The position numbers were made by a program, and so were the translations under genes. Shown one piece after another: positions 1 through 7,918 of a stretch of DNA of 64,000 bases (within the stretch, counting starts at the first letter, position 1; the number at the start of each line of letters is the position of its first letter). Origin of the DNA: Acidobacteriota bacterium. Lineage in GTDB: Bacteria > Acidobacteriota > Thermoanaerobaculia > Multivoradales > UBA5704. The notes beneath the pieces are model-generated. The model was not told where the DNA came from. It did no database searches and saw nothing but the letters and a program-made list of their open reading frames with translations. The stretch lies in the NCBI GenBank assembly GCA_040005235.1, contig JBDTZG010000020.1:27256-91255 (forward strand), in the 5' to 3' direction.

Positions 1-2
1 CC

Positions 3-1325
3 GACGGCACAGCGCTCGTCGTCTGGAGGCGATTCCTCGGATCTTTCATTTACAAGATCTTCGGACGTCGGTTCAGCGTCACCGGCGAGCCTCTCTCCGA
101 GACTATTTCCATCAGTGAGCTCGACGATTTTCGCGTGAATCTCACACCCCGCGTCGTAGCCCGTTCCGAAGGAGGCTGGGCTGTAGGCTGGGGCGCCTAT
201 GCGGCGAGCCCCCCTCCCTTGGCGGCTTCAGAGACGGGCCATGAGATCCAGTTCGTTCGCTTGGCCTCGGACGGTTCAAGGCTTGAGGCCCAGCAGTCCT
301 TGGGCGTTTCTGAGGACTCTGATTCTTTCGCTCTCGGCACCGATGCCTTGGGCAATTTGCTGGTTTTCGCGGCGGCGACCGACCGTTCGATTTCCGGTCG
401 CCTGATCGATCGCAACGGCGCCCCGGCTTCGGCCCTCATCAACCTCTCCGGGACCGGTCCCCTCTTCTTCGTCGAACCGGTCCTCGCCGGGCGGTCACCG
501 GGCGGATTTCTTGCCGCGTGGTCCGGATACTCGCTTTCGACGCAGGCCGACTCCGATCTTTTCGGCGCCATCCTCACCCCGACCTGTCTCGAAGGCCGAA
601 GCGCCATCTGCCTCGGACCGGAAGGGCGTTACGGGGTGGAGGTCGCCTGGCAAATCGGCACCCAAAGCGGCACGGCGAAACCGCTGCCGTTCGCGGGCAA
701 CGTCGCGACGTTCGGCTTACGCAATACCGCCGACCCTGACGTGACCGTGCTCCTCTCCGGCACCGGATCGCGCGATCTGGCGTTCGCAGCAACTACGGGC
801 GCGGCGCTCGAAATTCGCGTGACCGACAAGACGACCGGCATGGTCCGCACCTTCACCAAACCCGCCGGACGGTTCGCGAGCAGGCGCTTTCTGGGCGCTC
901 TGCCGAGTCTTTCGGGCGACGCCGATCCTTCGACCGCTGCTTTTGTCGTTCCCGACGAGGAGCCCCGCCCCGCGCGGGAACCGGCCGTCGGCGAAACCTG
1001 CGTCCCGACGAGCCGCGCCCTCTGCCTGCTCGGCGGCCGGTTCCGCGCCGAGCTTCTCGCGGGGCAATACCCCAACCCGGCGCTCGCGATCCTGCGCACC
1101 GACAAGAGCGGCGCCTTCGCGTTGCCCCGCGCTCCCGAAACTCCGCTGGTCACCTTGTCGATGATCGACGGCCGGGCGAGCAACGGCAAGTTCTGGGTCT
1201 ATTTGGGCGGACTGTCGTCGTCAGGTTATAGAGTGAGAATCACCGATCTGTCGACCGGTGCCTCAAAGGCGTACGCCAATCCGGTCGGCAAGCTCGACAG
1301 CCGCGCGGATCGAACGGCATTCTGA
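3..1325 (+). CDS. Secreted protein with two C-terminal Cys-containing modules, 5'-truncated by the window edge; paralogue of the next gene
   Basis: The frame of ORF 135..1325 is open back to position 3 (DGTALVVWRRF...), which aligns with DGTALAVWARF of the downstream paralogue. It ends ...DGRASNGKFWVYLGGLSS...NPVGKLDSRADRTAF. Confidence 0.8.
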   Translation, partial: DGTALVVWRRFLGSFIYKIFGRRFSVTGEPLSETISISELDDFRVNLTPRVVARSEGGWAVGWGAYAASPPPLAASETGHEIQFVRLASDGSRLEAQQSLGVSEDSDSFALGTDALGNLLVFAAATDRSISGRLIDRNGAPASALINLSGTGPLFFVEPVLAGRSPGGFLAAWSGYSLSTQADSDLFGAILTPTCLEGRSAICLGPEGRYGVEVAWQIGTQSGTAKPLPFAGNVATFGLRNTADPDVTVLLSGTGSRDLAFAATTGAALEIRVTDKTTGMVRTFTKPAGRFASRRFLGALPSLSGDADPSTAAFVVPDEEPRPAREPAVGETCVPTSRALCLLGGRFRAELLAGQYPNPALAILRTDKSGAFALPRAPETPLVTLSMIDGRASNGKFWVYLGGLSSSGYRVRITDLSTGASKAYANPVGKLDSRADRTAF

Positions 1326-1354
1326 TGACCGCACTCCAAAGAGGAACCTCCTAA

Positions 1355-3322
1355 ATGCCCATCGGCCCTTCGAGTTCGCGGGCGATCCGCGGCGCTCTCA
1401 CCGTCTTTATCGCGCTTGCCGCCTGGCCCGCTCTGGGGGTCGAGATCGACCGGATCGCCTCGTTTTCGGCCGGCGATCCGCCGCCTTGCGCCGACCGGTC
1501 TCCGGACAGCGCGGTCCAACCGGGCGGCTCGTTTCTATTGATCTGGCAGAGGAGCGGATGCCCCAGCCCTGCGACGCGAAAGGTCCGCGCCCAGCGCTTC
1601 GACGCCACCGGGCGACCGGTTGCCCCCCCCGTCGAGCTTTGGGATGGGGTGCTGGCGCATGTCGTTCCCCTACCCGACGGAGGTTTCGCGGCGGTCTCCG
1701 AATTCGAAACGCTCCTGAGGCCCCTTGGCCCTCCGGGGATCGGTCTCCATCGGCTCGACGCGTTCGGCCGGCCGGCGGGGGCGCCGATCGTTGTCGCGAT
1801 CAACCCGGACAGCCTCAACTTCAATACCCAGCCACGTCTGGCGGTTGCGCCGAACGGTTCGGTCGCCGTCGTCTGGCGCGATCCTCGCGGAATGACGCGC
1901 GGCAGGTTTTTCAACCCTGCTTTGCAGCCGTTGACCGATGCCATCCCGCTGTCCACCCTCGCCACGCCCCCCTTCGGTGAGATCGATCCGGATATCGGCA
2001 TCCAAAGCGACGGCACGGCGCTCGCGGTCTGGGCGCGCTTCGTCGATACCAACGAGTACCAGGTCGTCGGCCGCCGATTCAGCCCCTTGGGCGGGCCGCT
2101 CTCTCCGACTTTTCCGATCAGCCGGGCCGAGCGGTTTCGGATCAATGGCAGCCCAAGGGTCACACCACGGGGCACCGACGGCTGGTGGGCTGGCTGGAAT
2201 AGCCAGCAGGGCCTTCCCGGCGGTCCACCTCCCTTTTCCGAGATCCGAATCGGACGCCTGGGAGCGGACGGCATTCCGATCGGAAGCGAGCAGTCTTTCA
2301 ACGATCCTGACGCGATCGAAGCGTTCGCCCTGGGCTCGGAGGCCGCGGGAAGCCTCTTGGTACTCGTTGGCGAGAAATCCGGAACGATTTCCGGTCGCTG
2401 GTTCGATTCCGGCGGCGCGCCGGCCTCGGATCGTACCCGGATCTCCGCCGCCGGTCCGCTCACAACCAACTTCCCCACGTTGCCCGACCGTTCATCCGGA
2501 GCGATCCCAACGGCCTGGTTCAAACACTCGGGAAGTACTTTCGCCGACGCGGACCTCTCCGGGTCGCTGATATCGCCCCCCTGCATGGAGGGTCAAAGCG
2601 CAGCCTGTCTCGGTCCCGGCGGGCGCTACAGGGTGGAGATCGCCTGGGGAACGGCCGGCGAAAGCGGCACGGCGAAACCGCTGCCACTCTCAGGCAACGT
2701 CGCGACGTTCGGCCTCAAAAACATCGCCGACCAAGACGTCACGGTGCTCCTCGCCGGCCCTGGGTCCAAGAATCTGACCTTTGCCGCGACCACCGGCCTC
2801 GCCATCGAGATTCGGGTGACCGACCGGACGACCGGTATGACCCGCACATTCACCAAAGCCGCGGGAAACTTCGAGAGCCGGCGCATTGTCAACGCATTGC
2901 CGGTTGGACTGAGCGGCGATCTCGACCCTCGCCCGAAGGCCGAAGAGAACGCGGCGGACGAAGAGACTCTCGCCGTCCCGGCGGCTGGCGAACCTTGCGT
3001 TCCGACGAGCCGCACACTCTGTCTGCTGGGCGGCCGATTTCGCGCCGAGCTCATTGCGGCGCAGGATCCACGGCCGACCTCAGCCCTCTTGCGCTCCGAC
3101 AAGAGCGGCGGGTTCGCGTTTCCGAGGGCTCCCGAAACGCCCGTCGTCATCTTGTCGATGATCGACGGCCGGGCGACCAACGGCAAATTCTGGGTCTATT
3201 TGGGCGGACTCGCCTCGGCGGGCTACCAGGTCAAGATCACCGAGGTTTCGACCGGCCGGACCAAGACCTACGACAATCCGGCGGGCCGGCTGGAAAGCCG
3301 CGCGGATCGGTCGGCGTTCTGA
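1355..3322 (+). CDS. Secreted beta-rich protein (655 aa) with two C-terminal Cys-containing modules
   Basis: N-terminal signal peptide (RAIRGALTVFIALAAWPALG); recurrent 'xRFDxxGxP' beta motifs; C-terminal third closely similar to the upstream gene; GAGG SD upstream. Confidence 0.85.
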   Translation: MPIGPSSSRAIRGALTVFIALAAWPALGVEIDRIASFSAGDPPPCADRSPDSAVQPGGSFLLIWQRSGCPSPATRKVRAQRFDATGRPVAPPVELWDGVLAHVVPLPDGGFAAVSEFETLLRPLGPPGIGLHRLDAFGRPAGAPIVVAINPDSLNFNTQPRLAVAPNGSVAVVWRDPRGMTRGRFFNPALQPLTDAIPLSTLATPPFGEIDPDIGIQSDGTALAVWARFVDTNEYQVVGRRFSPLGGPLSPTFPISRAERFRINGSPRVTPRGTDGWWAGWNSQQGLPGGPPPFSEIRIGRLGADGIPIGSEQSFNDPDAIEAFALGSEAAGSLLVLVGEKSGTISGRWFDSGGAPASDRTRISAAGPLTTNFPTLPDRSSGAIPTAWFKHSGSTFADADLSGSLISPPCMEGQSAACLGPGGRYRVEIAWGTAGESGTAKPLPLSGNVATFGLKNIADQDVTVLLAGPGSKNLTFAATTGLAIEIRVTDRTTGMTRTFTKAAGNFESRRIVNALPVGLSGDLDPRPKAEENAADEETLAVPAAGEPCVPTSRTLCLLGGRFRAELIAAQDPRPTSALLRSDKSGGFAFPRAPETPVVILSMIDGRATNGKFWVYLGGLASAGYQVKITEVSTGRTKTYDNPAGRLESRADRSAF

Positions 3323-3333
3323 TTTGAGAGGAA

Positions 3334-3357
3334 GAGGGCCTCCGTCCGGAGGCCCTC
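3334..3357. terminator. Hairpin between convergent genes, probable bidirectional terminator
   Basis: GAGGGCCTCC-GTCC-GGAGGCCCTC, a perfect 10-bp stem between stops at 3322 and 3362. Confidence 0.7.
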
Positions 3358-3361
3358 GATC

Positions 3362-4225
3362 TTACCGAGAGAACGTGTCGCAGTCGTTCGGGTCGCCCGA
3401 CTGGAGGCCCCGACGAAGCCACTCGGAACGCTGAGCGGCCGTTCCGTGGGTGAAGCTCTCGGGAACGACGTACCCTTGCGTCTGCTTTTGGATCTCGTCG
3501 TCGCCGATCGCCTGGGCGGCTTTCAATCCCGATTCGAAGTCGCCCGGCTCGATCATATTGTAGTCGTGGTCGGCGTGGTACGCCCAGACCCCCGCCAGAC
3601 AATCGGCCTGCAGCTCCATCTTCACCGACAGGTCGTTCGCCTGCCCTTCGTCCCGGGCGCGCTCCTGGGCATCGCGCACGTTCTGATCGATTCCCAGGAG
3701 ATTTTGGACGTGATGGCCGATCTCGTGGGCGACGACGTACGCCTCGGCGAATTCACCCGGCGCGCCGAAGCGCTGGGAGAGCTCGGCGAAAAACGCGGTG
3801 TCCAGATAGACCTTCTGATCGGCCGGGCAGTAGAACGGACCGACCGCCGCCGAGGCCATGCCGCACTGCGAAGGGATCGAGCCCGAGAACCGCACCAGAT
3901 GCGGATCTTGGTAGGGCGTCTTGGTGTTCGCGAGCAGCTTGGTCCAGACGTCCTCGGTGCTGCCGAGAACCGCCCCGACGAACTTCCCCTCTTGATCGGG
4001 CGCAGGCGTCGTGCCGTCTCCCGAAGGAACGGTCTGCGCCGGGCCGCCGCCCTGGGTCTCCTGGATGGTCTGCAGCAGTTGGAGCGGGTTCCGGCCGGTG
4101 ACCAGGGCGAAAATGATCACCAGGACCATGCCGCCGCAACCGATGCCCAAACCCCGTCGTCCACCGCCCCCGCTGCCGCGCACGTCCTCGACGTTGGTGC
4201 TCTGTCTCCCGCCTTCCCATCTCAT
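3362..4225 (-). CDS. YpfJ-family neutral zinc metallopeptidase
   Basis: Starts MRWEGGRQSTNVED; contains GPFYCPADQKVYLD, AHEIGHHVQ (HExxH), ELQADCLAG and PESFTHG motifs. The longer ORF call (to 4945) is an upstream extension. Confidence 0.92.
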   Translation of the reverse strand: MRWEGGRQSTNVEDVRGSGGGGRRGLGIGCGGMVLVIIFALVTGRNPLQLLQTIQETQGGGPAQTVPSGDGTTPAPDQEGKFVGAVLGSTEDVWTKLLANTKTPYQDPHLVRFSGSIPSQCGMASAAVGPFYCPADQKVYLDTAFFAELSQRFGAPGEFAEAYVVAHEIGHHVQNLLGIDQNVRDAQERARDEGQANDLSVKMELQADCLAGVWAYHADHDYNMIEPGDFESGLKAAQAIGDDEIQKQTQGYVVPESFTHGTAAQRSEWLRRGLQSGDPNDCDTFSR

Positions 4226-4315
4226 GCCGCAATTGTAGCCTGAAGATGGGGAACAAATGCCATGGTTTCCCGGTCCGAAGTTAGAATCGTTCGATCTTCC
4301 GGAGAAACCTAGCTC

Positions 4316-4855
4316 ATGAGACCGAGATTCCTCCTGCTGCTCGCCCCGCTCCTGCTCGCCGCCTGCGGCGGTTCCTCCGGTTCCCCGAGCGGGGAGGCGA
4401 AGGGCACGGCGGCTGCAAAATCCGCGGTCTCTTCGATCGACGCCTGCGATCTGTTTCCGGACGACGAGGCGAACGCGATCGCCAGAGGGTACGTCTCCGG
4501 CATGAGCAGCACGTTGGAGGACGCCAAGGGGCGCGATCCGCTCTCCTGCGCCTACAACGCCGGATCGACCGAGCAGCCGAGGATCTTGAGCCTCGTCGTC
4601 CGCCTGCATGAGACCCCCGAGCGGGCGGAGCGTACCCTCCTCGCCACGCGTGGCGCGCTCGACACGCTCACCCACGGCGACCTGAAGGACGTGCCGAACC
4701 TCGGCGACGGCGCCTTCTGGGCGGGAGGGCGCTTGATGCAGCTCCACGTCCGCAAAGGGGAAAAGCAGCTCCTGATCACCTGCCAGCTGAACGACCCGGC
4801 GGCCTCGTTCGCCGGAGCGCAAAAGATCGCCAAGGCCGCGCTCGGCCGGCTCTAG
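4316..4855 (+). CDS. Lipoprotein of unknown function (DUF3558-like)
   Basis: Lipobox LLAAC followed by a Ser/Gly linker; 'DACDL' and 'VPNLGDGAFW' motifs. Confidence 0.75.
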   Translation: MRPRFLLLLAPLLLAACGGSSGSPSGEAKGTAAAKSAVSSIDACDLFPDDEANAIARGYVSGMSSTLEDAKGRDPLSCAYNAGSTEQPRILSLVVRLHETPERAERTLLATRGALDTLTHGDLKDVPNLGDGAFWAGGRLMQLHVRKGEKQLLITCQLNDPAASFAGAQKIAKAALGRL

Positions 4856-4872
4856 ACGTCCGGGCCGCCTCC

Positions 4873-6300
4873 ATGTGGTCCGACCGCCCCTCCGCACCCG
4901 TCCGCGCCCGCCGGGAAAAACGCCTTCGCGCGCTGCTTCCCGCACCGCGCGAAGGAGCGCGGGGATCGAAAACTCCCCTACGCGGCACGGCTTCCCCCGA
5001 GCAGGTGGCCGAGGCGCTGCGGCGGCTGCCGGGCTTCGCCTGGCTCGACGGCGGGGCCGAAGGTCACCGGCTGGCCGCCCAGCCGATCGCGCAGCTTGCC
5101 GTGCGCGCCGGCCGGGCGACCGTTTCGACCGCGGCCGGGCAGGCGACGTTTGCCGCCCGAGGATTCGATCTCCTGGAATCCGCCCTTTCCGTCTGGGGCG
5201 GAGCGGGGGGACTTCTGCTCGGCTATCTCGGCTACGAGCTGGGCGCGGAGATCGAAAAGCTGCCGACCCCGCCGCCGGACGACCTTTCGCTCCCCGACCT
5301 CAAGCTCTCGCTGTTCGATCGTGTGCTGCTCTGGGACGGCAAGCACTGGGCGCTCGAATCTTCCAACGCCTGGCGCGGCGGAAATCCGACCGATGAGGCG
5401 GAGGCTCTGCTCGCCCGCGCCGCCGCGCTCGACATTCCCCCGCTCGAAAGGCTCGCCACACGAACCCATGTGGCAAGCCGGCCGACCCGCGACGGATTCG
5501 AGGCGGCGGTTTCGCGCACGGTCGAGCGGATCGGCCAAGGCGAGATCTTCCAGGCGAACCTCTGCCGGCGGCTCGAAGCGCCCTGTGCCGCCCCTCAAGT
5601 CTGGCCCCTCTACCGCCGCCTGCGCGCCGCGAGCCCGGCGATCCGCGGCGCGTTCTTCGACCTCGGCGCGGGCCGCGCGCTCCTGTCGATCTCGCCCGAG
5701 ATCTTCCTGTCGGTGCGCGGGCGCGCGGTCGAGACCCGGCCGATCAAGGGAACCCGTCCCCGCGGCAGGAACCCGCACGAAGATCGGGCGCTTGCCCGCG
5801 AGCTGGTCGAAAGCGCCAAGGACAAGGCGGAGCTCGCGATGATCGTCGACGTGGCGAGAAACGATCTCGGTCGGGTGGCAGAGCCCGGCTCGATCTCGAC
5901 ACCCACACTCGGCGAGCTCTCGACCCTGCCCACCGTCCACCATCTCATGGCGGTCGTCCGCGGCACGCTCCGCCGCGACGTCGGCCCAGCCGACCTGCTG
6001 CGCGCGACGTTTCCCGCAGCCTCGATCTCCGGCGCGCCGAAGATCCGGGCGATGGCGGTGATCTCGGCCGAAGAGGAGCGGCGCCGCGGCCCGGCGATGG
6101 GCGCGTTCGGCTGGATCTCGTTGAATGGCGACCTGGAGCTGGCGGTCGCGATCCGCACCGCGGCGGTCGCAAAGGGAAAGATCGCCTACCACGCCGGTTG
6201 CGGCATCACGGCCGACTCGCTTCCCAATCTCGAACGGGAGGAGAGCGAAGCGAAGGCCGCGGCATTCCTGACCGCGATCGGCGGACTGGAATTCGATTGA
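4873..6300 (+). CDS. pabB: Aminodeoxychorismate synthase component I / anthranilate synthase component I family
   Basis: Chorismate-binding motifs SPEIFL, TRPIKGTRPRG, MIVDVARNDLGRV, SISGAPKIRAM; adjacent to a class IV aminotransferase. Confidence 0.85.
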   Translation: MWSDRPSAPVRARREKRLRALLPAPREGARGSKTPLRGTASPEQVAEALRRLPGFAWLDGGAEGHRLAAQPIAQLAVRAGRATVSTAAGQATFAARGFDLLESALSVWGGAGGLLLGYLGYELGAEIEKLPTPPPDDLSLPDLKLSLFDRVLLWDGKHWALESSNAWRGGNPTDEAEALLARAAALDIPPLERLATRTHVASRPTRDGFEAAVSRTVERIGQGEIFQANLCRRLEAPCAAPQVWPLYRRLRAASPAIRGAFFDLGAGRALLSISPEIFLSVRGRAVETRPIKGTRPRGRNPHEDRALARELVESAKDKAELAMIVDVARNDLGRVAEPGSISTPTLGELSTLPTVHHLMAVVRGTLRRDVGPADLLRATFPAASISGAPKIRAMAVISAEEERRRGPAMGAFGWISLNGDLELAVAIRTAAVAKGKIAYHAGCGITADSLPNLEREESEAKAAAFLTAIGGLEFD

Positions 6301-7043
6301 GCGCCCTCGACGCCCTCCAGGTGGCCTGGTGGAACGGCCGCCTCGTCCCGCGCGCCGAGGTGAAGATTTCCCCCAACGACGCGGGATTCCGTTTCGGAGA
6401 TGGCCTGTTCGAAACGCTCCGAGTGGACCAAGGCGCCGCAATCGACGTCGAAGCTCACCTCGACCGGCTATTCGCTTCCCTGCCACGCATCTCGCTGGAC
6501 GTGCCTGAAGATCGAGCGGCCCTCGACCAGGCGATCGCCGAGGTGGCAACCGCCGCCCCGTGGCCCTGCGCCCGCCTACGCCTCACCGTCACCCGAGGAA
6601 CGCCAGGCGACGGACCGACCCGCCTGATCGAAGCCTTCCCCTACACGCCGCCCAATCCCGACGCCGACTTGACCGTCGTTCTGCTTGCCGAATTCCGCAT
6701 CGATTCCCGTGGCCCGCTCGCGGGGCTAAAAAGCCTCTCCTATCAGGCGAACCGCCTCGTTCTCGCACGCGCCACGGTCGCAGGAGCCGACGAGGCGATC
6801 CTGCTGAACGAACGGGGCGAGCTGTGCGAAGGGTCGCGCAGCAACCTGGCGCTGCGGCTCGACGGAAAGTGGCTCACGCCGCCGATCCGCTCCGGCTGCC
6901 TGCCCGGGACGGTCCGGCGGCGGCGACTCGAACGGGGCGAGGTCGAAGAGCGGGATCTCCTGCCGGAGGATCTCGATCGCTCGGAGGGGATCGAGCTGAT
7001 GAACAGCCTTTGGGGCGTGGTGGCGGGTCGGCGGATCGGGTAA
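6297..7043 (+). CDS. Class IV aminotransferase, probable aminodeoxychorismate lyase (PabC-like)
   Basis: GDGLFETLR, HLDRL, LKSLSY (PLP Lys), EGSRSN, CLPGTVR; TTG start overlaps the pabB stop (TTGA). Confidence 0.82.
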   Translation: MSALDALQVAWWNGRLVPRAEVKISPNDAGFRFGDGLFETLRVDQGAAIDVEAHLDRLFASLPRISLDVPEDRAALDQAIAEVATAAPWPCARLRLTVTRGTPGDGPTRLIEAFPYTPPNPDADLTVVLLAEFRIDSRGPLAGLKSLSYQANRLVLARATVAGADEAILLNERGELCEGSRSNLALRLDGKWLTPPIRSGCLPGTVRRRRLERGEVEERDLLPEDLDRSEGIELMNSLWGVVAGRRIG

Positions 7044-7077
7044 TGCGCAGGGAGCCGATTCTCTGCATCAAGGTAGT

Positions 7078-7175
7078 CCGGCCCAACGGGCCGGCAGAAC
7101 CTAGCCCAGGGCTGAGGCCGAAGGCCGATGCCCTGGGTTCTAAGACCCCCACAGAAAGGCGGCCTGAAAGGCCGC
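7078..7175. repeat. Cluster of REP-like hairpins
   Basis: CCGGCCC-AAC-GGGCCGG; CCCAGGGC...GGCC-GAA-GGCC...GCCCTGGG; GCGGCC-TGAAA-GGCCGC. Confidence 0.6.
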
Positions 7176-7176
7176 G

Positions 7177-7345
7177 AGAGCTTTCTTGAGGTGGCCGATC
7201 ACGTCGCTCAGCACCTCAGTCCGTGCGAGGAGAAACAGGACGTTCAAAGGGTCGGGCCCGGTGGGGATCGGCGTCCCTTCATCGGTCTTTGGCGTCCACC
7301 CACCTGTGTTTCGTTTCCGCCCAGAGGTATTTTGAATCCGTCCAG
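7177..7345 (-). pseudogene. Degenerate fragment of an IS200/IS605-family (Y1 HUH) transposase
   Basis: Minus-strand peptide ...TGPDPLNVLFLLARTEVLSDVIGHLKK resembles the TnpA segment DHxHxLxxLxxTxxxSDxxxxLK. It abuts REP-like hairpins. Boundaries are approximate. Confidence 0.5.
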
Positions 7346-7504
7346 AAGTTCGCAGGTTCCACCCCTGAGTTGTGCACGTCGGTAAGGCGGTCTCTCGCGT
7401 TGGCAATGCGGTAAGCCGCATCCCGGGATCGGAATTCGCCGTCCGCCCGCCTGTGGCCAGATCTCGCCGGCCGGTATCGAGCGTCGGCAAAGGGACGGCT
7501 CAAC

Positions 7505-7540
7505 TATATCTTGACCAGATATACCTACCGCGAATACACT
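7505..7540 (+). promoter_or_regulatory. Sigma70-type promoter with overlapping palindromic operator upstream of padR
   Basis: TTGACC (7511-7516), 18 bp, TACACT (7535-7540), 6 bp, ATG. Inverted repeat TATATC-N7-GATATA (7505-7523) straddles the -35 box. Confidence 0.65.
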
Positions 7541-7546
7541 CGCTGC

Positions 7547-7915
7547 ATGGCAACGCACTCCGACGATCCCACCCCCGCCTCTCTGCTGCCGCTTCCGACC
7601 GCTACGTTCCACATTCTGATCGCGCTCGCCGAAGGGGATCGGCATGGCTACGCGGTGATGCAGGAGGTGGCCGAACGGACGGGAGGGCGGACGAAGCTGA
7701 ACCCCGGCACGCTCTACACGACGCTCCATCGCTTGCTGGAGCAAGGACTGATCGTCGAGCCGGACGCCCGGGAGGTCGCCGCGAATTCGGACGAACGCCG
7801 CCGGCACTATCGGTTGACGCCGTTGGGTCGGGAGGTCGCGGAGCTGGAGCTGGCCCGCCTGGGGGACCTGCTGAACCTCGGCCGGCGCGCCGGCCTTTCG
7901 TACGAGGGGCGGTGA
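7547..7915 (+). CDS. PadR-family transcriptional regulator
   Basis: ILIALAEGDRHGYAVMQEV, GTLYTTLHRLLEQGLI, RRRHYRLTPLG; directly precedes a duplicated permease. Confidence 0.93.
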   Translation: MATHSDDPTPASLLPLPTATFHILIALAEGDRHGYAVMQEVAERTGGRTKLNPGTLYTTLHRLLEQGLIVEPDAREVAANSDERRRHYRLTPLGREVAELELARLGDLLNLGRRAGLSYEGR

Positions 7916-7918
7916 ACC

